Virus record (IMG/VR): IMGVR_UViG_3300025875_000053
Coordinates: 1 to 41,685 of that record
Source: a virus
Taxonomy: Duplodnaviria; Caudoviricetes
Direction: 5' to 3' (one strand)
Length of the DNA stretch: 41,685 nt
Shown: positions 36,589 to 41,685 of the stretch, piece after piece
Position numbering within the stretch: the stretch's first letter is position 1
Layout of the letters: the number at the start of each line of letters is the position of its first letter
The notes under the pieces: generated by a model
What the model was told of the DNA's origin: nothing
The model's database searches: none
Seen by the model: only the letters and a program-made list of their open reading frames with translations
Position numbers and translations under genes: made by a program

Positions 36589-37022
36589 TGCCGTTCACGG
36601 ATTCCGATCCCACGGAGGCGACGCTCCCGATTCGGGGAGTGTGGCTCCACGATCCCGACGATCCCGAAGGGACGCTCCGGCAATTCCGGTACGGTGCGAA
36701 TCAGCGAGGGGACTCGTTCGATCCGATGCAATCCGGAACGTACTACGTCGGCCGCGAGGATCCCGTCTTCGACTTCGGAGAGGGGAGCGGCTTCTCCGTC
36801 GATGTGACGATTGACGTTCCCCACGGTCCCGATTACGTGGAGGTTCTCCGGGAACTCCGCGCCTATGCGGCATCGAAGAAGAACCTCTTCTTCCGGGACA
36901 ACCGCGCGCGCGCTGTCTACGGAACGATGAGCAACTTCAAGACGTCCGATCAGTCGTGGGGATCGACGGTTTCCTTCACGTTCACGAAGGCGTACCGGGC
37001 CGTCGAAACGGTTGTGATCTAA
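36588..37022 (+). CDS. Minor tail protein (distal-tail-like)
   Basis: TAATG coupling, synteny. Confidence 0.65.
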   Translation: MPFTDSDPTEATLPIRGVWLHDPDDPEGTLRQFRYGANQRGDSFDPMQSGTYYVGREDPVFDFGEGSGFSVDVTIDVPHGPDYVEVLRELRAYAASKKNLFFRDNRARAVYGTMSNFKTSDQSWGSTVSFTFTKAYRAVETVVI

Positions 37023-38158
37023 TGCAGAAGTTCGCGCCGCCGTCCGGTGACCTGAACCCGAACTCGCACACGGAGGCGGAGGTTCTCGCGGTTCTCCGTG
37101 GCGACTTCGGTTTCCGGCGGTTCGGCTTCCGGTACGAACTCCTCACGTCCGCGAACGTGTACGTGATGGATCTCGACAACGTGACCGGATGCACGGTCGA
37201 AATGAATTGGCTCGCAGACATCAAGCGGACGGCGCGCTTCCGTCTCCGCGAGAACGGGGAGATCGACTTCCTCTCCGATCGGATCCGGCCGTTCATTCGC
37301 ACGTGGCTTCCGCCGTACGGTCCCAACGATTACGTCGAGCATCCGCAAGGAGTCTTCCTCCTCGCGTCGCCGGACCGGAACTCCGATGAGCAGAACCGCG
37401 TGACGCGCGACGTGATGGCGTACGATCCGCTCCTCGTGCTGGCAGATGACAAGGTACTCACGCGGTACACGATCGCGGCCGGCGCGAAGTACACGGACAC
37501 GATCTCGACGCTTCTCGGCTCCATGCCGAAGAACGTCGCGCCGTCAACGCGTACGCTGCCGGCCGCTATGGAGTGGGAGCCGGGAACCTCGAAGTTGAAG
37601 ATCATCAACGAGTTGTTCTCCGCGATCAATTACGAGGCGCTCTCCTTCGATGAGAACGGAACCGCGATCGGCGTAGCCTACCGGTCTCCGGTCACGCGGA
37701 CGGAGGAGTTCACGTACGGAGCAGGCGTGGCCGGTCTCGTTGTGCCGAACGTGGATCAGGAACTCGACTTGACGAATATCCCGAACGCGTGGAGTCTCGT
37801 CGTCTCCGATCCCGACAAGCCGGCTCTCGTGGCGACGTACACGAACTCCGATCCCGCGTCTCCGACGTCCACGGTTCGCCGGCAACGGACAATCGTGGAC
37901 TTCCGGCAGGAGGAGGACGCGGCCGATCTCGCGACGCTTCAAGCGAAGGTGGCGCGGCTCGCGTTCGAGGCTTCTCAGGTTTACGAGGCGCTCGACTTCA
38001 CGACGGCTTTGATGCCGGTCCACTCCGGGAACGATGTCTATCGCGTCGTGTACCCGTCTCTCGCGGTGAACACGAAGTACACGGAGCAGACGTGGAGCCT
38101 CGAACTCCGCGCAGGCGCTACGATGAAGCATCGCGCGCGAAGGGTGGTAACCGTCTAA
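37022..38158 (+). CDS. Minor tail/baseplate hub protein
   Basis: ADIKRTARF, PQGVFLLASP, KLKIINELFSAINY; synteny. Confidence 0.75.
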   Translation: MQKFAPPSGDLNPNSHTEAEVLAVLRGDFGFRRFGFRYELLTSANVYVMDLDNVTGCTVEMNWLADIKRTARFRLRENGEIDFLSDRIRPFIRTWLPPYGPNDYVEHPQGVFLLASPDRNSDEQNRVTRDVMAYDPLLVLADDKVLTRYTIAAGAKYTDTISTLLGSMPKNVAPSTRTLPAAMEWEPGTSKLKIINELFSAINYEALSFDENGTAIGVAYRSPVTRTEEFTYGAGVAGLVVPNVDQELDLTNIPNAWSLVVSDPDKPALVATYTNSDPASPTSTVRRQRTIVDFRQEEDAADLATLQAKVARLAFEASQVYEALDFTTALMPVHSGNDVYRVVYPSLAVNTKYTEQTWSLELRAGATMKHRARRVVTV

Positions 38159-39039
38159 TGGAGCCGATGACGTTTCTCGACGGAATCTCCGGTTACGTCC
38201 GGACGTCCACCGATGGGAGCGCGGACAAGGGGATCCGGCTCGCTGTCATCGATCCCGCGTACGATCCGTTCGATCCGCCGTACCCGGACGGGATCCCGCT
38301 CCCGCGCGTCACGTTCGAGGGGGAGGCGACGCTTTCCGGGAAGCACTACGCCGTGGCTTCCGGATACGTCCCGCAACCCGGCGCGCGCGTCTATATGGTC
38401 CCGATCGGGAAGACGTGGCTCATCGCCGGAGCAGTCACGCACTATTCCGCACAAGGCTTCTACGCGGATCCGGCGGCCGGTACGGTCGGCGTGGAGTTCG
38501 GAGACGGATCGTACTACGACATCGATTCCGGTCTCGTCATCCTTGGAGACGGAGACTTTCGCGGGGATCTGTCTATCGGCGGAATCGGGAAGAGCGTCGA
38601 TGTCATCAAGACGGGAAACACGTCGCGAGCAAACAACACGATGGCGGACGATCCGACCCTCTTCGCGGATCTCGATATCGGTACTTGGTTCGTTGACTTC
38701 GATATCATTTGGGGAGGCGTAACCGGAGACCTTAAGACAGCGTGGAACGTTACGGGAACGACTGCCTCGTATTCGTTGAAAACGTGCCTAGGTCCCGGTC
38801 CCGGCGTGGAGTTGCAATCGCGAGACAATACGCAAATGCGTCACTCCGTCCATCAATACGGAACGGAGATCACGTACGGAGCGAACTCGAATACGCTCTA
38901 CTACGGCTTGAAAGAGTACGGTCTCATCCGGTTCACGACTGCCGGCCGCGTCGCGTTCCGTTGGGCACAAGAGACGACGGACGCGACGGCTTCCATCGTT
39001 GTCGGAGGATCCACGCTGCGAGCAAGGAGAATCGCGTAA
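38158..39039 (+). CDS. Minor tail protein/fibre
   Basis: PRVTFEGE...YVPQPGARV N-terminus; C-terminal FRWAQ...GSTLRARRIA. Confidence 0.7.
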   Translation: MEPMTFLDGISGYVRTSTDGSADKGIRLAVIDPAYDPFDPPYPDGIPLPRVTFEGEATLSGKHYAVASGYVPQPGARVYMVPIGKTWLIAGAVTHYSAQGFYADPAAGTVGVEFGDGSYYDIDSGLVILGDGDFRGDLSIGGIGKSVDVIKTGNTSRANNTMADDPTLFADLDIGTWFVDFDIIWGGVTGDLKTAWNVTGTTASYSLKTCLGPGPGVELQSRDNTQMRHSVHQYGTEITYGANSNTLYYGLKEYGLIRFTTAGRVAFRWAQETTDATASIVVGGSTLRARRIA

Positions 39040-39419
39040 TGACGAGTCCGGTTAAGGGAATGGCGACGGCGGAGGAAGTCGCGGCGCTTGCGACTCGATT
39101 GACTGCGATTGAGCAGACTCTCGCGCAGAAGATGCCCGGCTTCGAGCAAGTCGGGACGCGCGTCGCGGAATTGTCAACGGCGTTCCAATCCGCGAACTCT
39201 CGGCTCTCCGCGCTCGAAGTCGCCGTGAAGGCGCTCGCGGAGGCTCCGGTCTCCGGCGGCGCGGAGGAAGTGGCGGCGCTGCGATCGGCCGTCGAGACGC
39301 TAAGCACGCGACTAGGGGTAGTGGAGCAGACGCGCGCACGTGGCGGCCGGCTCTCCAATCGGCTAGCCTCTATTGAGGCAAAGCTCGATACGATCGCAGG
39401 GGGAGGCGAACCTCAGTAA
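39039..39419 (+). CDS. Coiled-coil protein, 126 aa
   Basis: Heptad repeats; RBS AAGGAG; TAATG coupling. Confidence 0.7.
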   Translation: MTSPVKGMATAEEVAALATRLTAIEQTLAQKMPGFEQVGTRVAELSTAFQSANSRLSALEVAVKALAEAPVSGGAEEVAALRSAVETLSTRLGVVEQTRARGGRLSNRLASIEAKLDTIAGGGEPQ

Positions 39420-40291
39420 TGGCTATGGCAGGAGTAATCCTCAAAACGCCGGAGTTCAAACTTCCGGAACCGAATCTGAACGCGGACGTCCCGGACACGC
39501 TTTGGTGGCTCTGGCTTCACACGCGCCGCTACGTTGGTCCGGATCTGCGTCTCGGCGGGATCATCGCGTGGAAGAAAGGCTTCCACGCGCCGGGTTCGTG
39601 GAACGCGAAGAACTTCCCGACGAACTACTCCATCCGCGACAAGGTGAACAAGTCCGGTCTCGGATGGACGAAGAGTTCCGCGCTCGATCTCACCTTCACG
39701 AGTGCGCAGCGCGGAGACTACCGGAACATCGATACGATCTCTTCGCGACTCATGGCGAGCATGTTGGATCCGAAGGATCCCCGGCTCGATCTGTTCCTCT
39801 ATGAGTTCTACGGGCAGATCGACAACGATCGCGTCGTGGAGGGTTACAACGAGTTCAAAGAGGATCACGTCTCCTCGGACGATTCTCACCTCTGGCACAT
39901 TCACGAGAGCGCGATCCGGTCGCTCCTCGGGAATTGGTGGGGAGCATGGGCGACGTACACCGTCCACGTCGGGATGCCGCTCTCCGCGTGGCGTGCGACG
40001 CTGCCGGCGAGCGCGCCGAAGCCTCCCGCGCCGAAGCCGGTCCCCGTTCCGGCCGGGCTCGCCACGTACGCTCCCGGCTCGCGGACGCTGCGCGAAGGCG
40101 TGAAGCCGGGGACGGACGTCGTGTTTGTTCAGAAGTTCATCGGGGAGAAGCGCGCCGGAAAGGCGGACGGCATCCCCGGTCCGAAGTTCACGGCCGGCGT
40201 GAAGTGGTATCAGGGGATGCGGTTCGGGTGGAAGAACCCGGACGGCATTCTCGAAAAGGGTGGACAGACGTGGCGCGCTATGGGGCACTGA
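39419..40291 (+). CDS. Endolysin (M15-like Zn peptidase plus peptidoglycan-binding domain)
   Basis: GFH...SALDL...SHLWHIH; Pro-rich linker; GTDVVFVQ...ADGIPGPKFTAGVKWYQ. Confidence 0.82.
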   Translation: MAMAGVILKTPEFKLPEPNLNADVPDTLWWLWLHTRRYVGPDLRLGGIIAWKKGFHAPGSWNAKNFPTNYSIRDKVNKSGLGWTKSSALDLTFTSAQRGDYRNIDTISSRLMASMLDPKDPRLDLFLYEFYGQIDNDRVVEGYNEFKEDHVSSDDSHLWHIHESAIRSLLGNWWGAWATYTVHVGMPLSAWRATLPASAPKPPAPKPVPVPAGLATYAPGSRTLREGVKPGTDVVFVQKFIGEKRAGKADGIPGPKFTAGVKWYQGMRFGWKNPDGILEKGGQTWRAMGH

Positions 40292-40295
40292 TTCT

Positions 40296-40643
40296 GTGAG
40301 CCTCTTCGTGTCAGCGATGCGGGAGGGTGGGCCGTGGCTCATCCTCCTCTTCGTTGTGCTGTCCGGGATAACCGGTCTCCTCTTCGCATTCTCCCGTGGG
40401 ATCCTCGTTCGTGGTGGAGAAGTAGAGCGGATCGAGCGCCGGATCGAGAAGGACACGGATCGCACGCTCGCGCTCTACTTGAAGCAGATTGACATTCTGA
40501 CGACGGCGGCCGGCAAGAAAGACGAGACGATCGCCACACAGAATCGACAGATCGAAAAGCTACTCGACACGAACGAAGTCGCAACGCAGGCGCTTGACAA
40601 AATCGTCAAGGAGGCGGAGAAGCGTGGATTTTTTCAAGCGTAA
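40296..40643 (+). CDS. Membrane protein with coiled coil (lysis cassette)
   Basis: N-terminal TM helix after the lysin; start uncertain (alternative 40317). Confidence 0.7.
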   Translation: MSLFVSAMREGGPWLILLFVVLSGITGLLFAFSRGILVRGGEVERIERRIEKDTDRTLALYLKQIDILTTAAGKKDETIATQNRQIEKLLDTNEVATQALDKIVKEAEKRGFFQA

Positions 40644-40860
40644 GAGGAAGGAGTACGAGCATCACCTTCCGCCACCTCCTCCGCCGGAACTCGTGGAGAA
40701 GGTTCAGGCGGTATCGGATACGGCGGAGATTCAGCTTGAAACGGCCGCCGCTCGCGAATCGGACATCGAGGATCGGTCCGCGAAGTCGGGTAAGATCAAG
40801 CGAGACAATGCGCTAGGTCCCCGTTTCTGGCAGGCAGTAGGAGAGCACAGAGGTACATGA
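40624..40860 (+). CDS. Hypothetical protein, 78 aa (lysis cassette)
   Basis: RBS AAGGAGG; MDFFKRKRK... Confidence 0.65.
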   Translation: MDFFKRKRKEYEHHLPPPPPPELVEKVQAVSDTAEIQLETAAARESDIEDRSAKSGKIKRDNALGPRFWQAVGEHRGT

Positions 40861-40861
40861 C

Positions 40862-41215
40862 ATGAGAGCGTTCCTCGAATCCCCTTTTTGGGAGTACCTC
40901 ACAATCGCGGCAGTCATCATCGGACTCGTCGCGGCCGTCGCCTTCGTGGTTCGGTATCAGTACGAAGTCGGCTTCTCATGGTGGAGGCAACCGAACGGGA
41001 AGCCGAACCACTTCGGCCGCTTCCTGATGATCCGGAAGATCCTGCTCTCGGCTCTCTTCGTGATCGTCATCCTGAACCGCCTCTTCCCGGAGTGGCCGGC
41101 GAAGGAGGCAGTCACGGCGCTTCTCATGGTTGCATTCGCGGTTCAGACGTTCGTACCGTATCGTTTGCTCATCAGTGCGCAGAAGGCGCACGAGGCGCAG
41201 GAGGTAGAGAAATGA
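40862..41215 (+). CDS. Holin-like three-TM membrane protein
   Basis: Three hydrophobic helices, lysis cassette position. Confidence 0.7.
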   Translation: MRAFLESPFWEYLTIAAVIIGLVAAVAFVVRYQYEVGFSWWRQPNGKPNHFGRFLMIRKILLSALFVIVILNRLFPEWPAKEAVTALLMVAFAVQTFVPYRLLISAQKAHEAQEVEK

Positions 41216-41457
41216 CGGGAACGCAGTACGGGAACGACGGAGCCGGGAAGCTGCCCTTCGACGGCGCGATCGGCAACCTCGTGAACGGAGCCGTCTTCAC
41301 GGCTCTCGGGTACGTCGTGGAGGCGGTGGGATCCTTCGACATCACGGCGCTTCCGGATCAGATCGAGCCGCTCGTTGCCGGCGCGATCGCGACCGGTCTC
41401 GGGCTCCTGACGACGAAGGTTCTCCCGCGCTTCCGGAGCCGCTCGCGCGCCGCCTGA
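41212..41457 (+). CDS. Holin-like two-TM protein, 81 aa
   Basis: RBS GGAGG, ATGA coupling, basic C-terminus. Confidence 0.7.
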   Translation: MTGTQYGNDGAGKLPFDGAIGNLVNGAVFTALGYVVEAVGSFDITALPDQIEPLVAGAIATGLGLLTTKVLPRFRSRSRAA

Positions 41458-41512
41458 GAGCGCCCCTCCCGGCCGCAGTCCGGGCATCCTAAGAAGTACC
41501 CATAGACACACT

Positions 41513-41548
41513 GAACGGCCCGGACGATGAGCCTCGTCCGGGCCGTTC
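41513..41548. terminator. Terminator ending the late operon
   Basis: 15-bp inverted repeat GAACGGCCCGGACGA/TCGTCCGGGCCGTTC. Confidence 0.7.
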
Positions 41549-41558
41549 GGCCGCTCTC

Positions 41559-41685
41559 GCGGCGAGTGTTACGGCCGGTCCGGACGGAGCCGCAGTCTCG
41601 TCCGGGCCGACCTTCTCCACTGTCTAAGAACTTACTACCTTCTTAGTCCCTTGTCAAGGGACGTCGCGCGGGCTCGCTGCCGTGA
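41559..41685 (+). repeat. Terminal direct repeat, right copy
   Basis: Identical to 1-127. Confidence 0.9.

Larger units (their letters stand above)
1..41685. mobile_element. Complete actinomycete siphophage genome, probable phage-plasmid
   Basis: Full head/tail/lysis module, replication genes, TraB/Spd-like genes, identical ends indicating circular assembly, no recognisable integrase. Confidence 0.9.

Noticed and set aside
1-41685. tRNA, rRNA, integrase, reverse transcriptase/DGR
   Set aside because: None recognised by eye; tRNAscan and HMM searches are needed to exclude them formally

Overview
This window is a complete, circularly assembled genome of about 41,558 bp from a high-GC, actinomycete-type siphophage. 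Bases 1-127 are identical to 41559-41685, which is most likely an assembler overlap. The right arm (about 19.3-41.5 kb, + strand) is a canonical virion and lysis module: terminases, portal, MuF-like protein, scaffold, major capsid, head-tail proteins, tail tube, a -1 frameshifted tail chaperone, tape measure, minor tail proteins, endolysin and holin-like genes. The centre holds a PD-(D/E)XK exonuclease, an SF2 helicase, a small ribbon-helix-helix (RHH) regulator, a DUF3854/P4-D5-type primase-helicase and endonuclease VII. I recognised no integrase, XRE-type repressor or ParAB. Instead the left arm carries a TraB-like FtsK/SpoIIIE DNA translocase, an SpdA/DUF2637-like protein and several membrane proteins. 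This suggests a compact phage-plasmid that could spread both as virions and by hyphal conjugation (inference). Other notable structures are two 87-bp palindromic elements 13 kb apart with inverted arms and a co-oriented core (possible bipartite origin), an operator/promoter motif TTACTAAG-NN-CTTAGTAA at about 12 sites, two related candidate small RNAs, a membrane-anchored GIY-YIG ORF lacking a normal start codon, and a nested overprinted gene. All family assignments come from reading motifs by eye, not from database searches.
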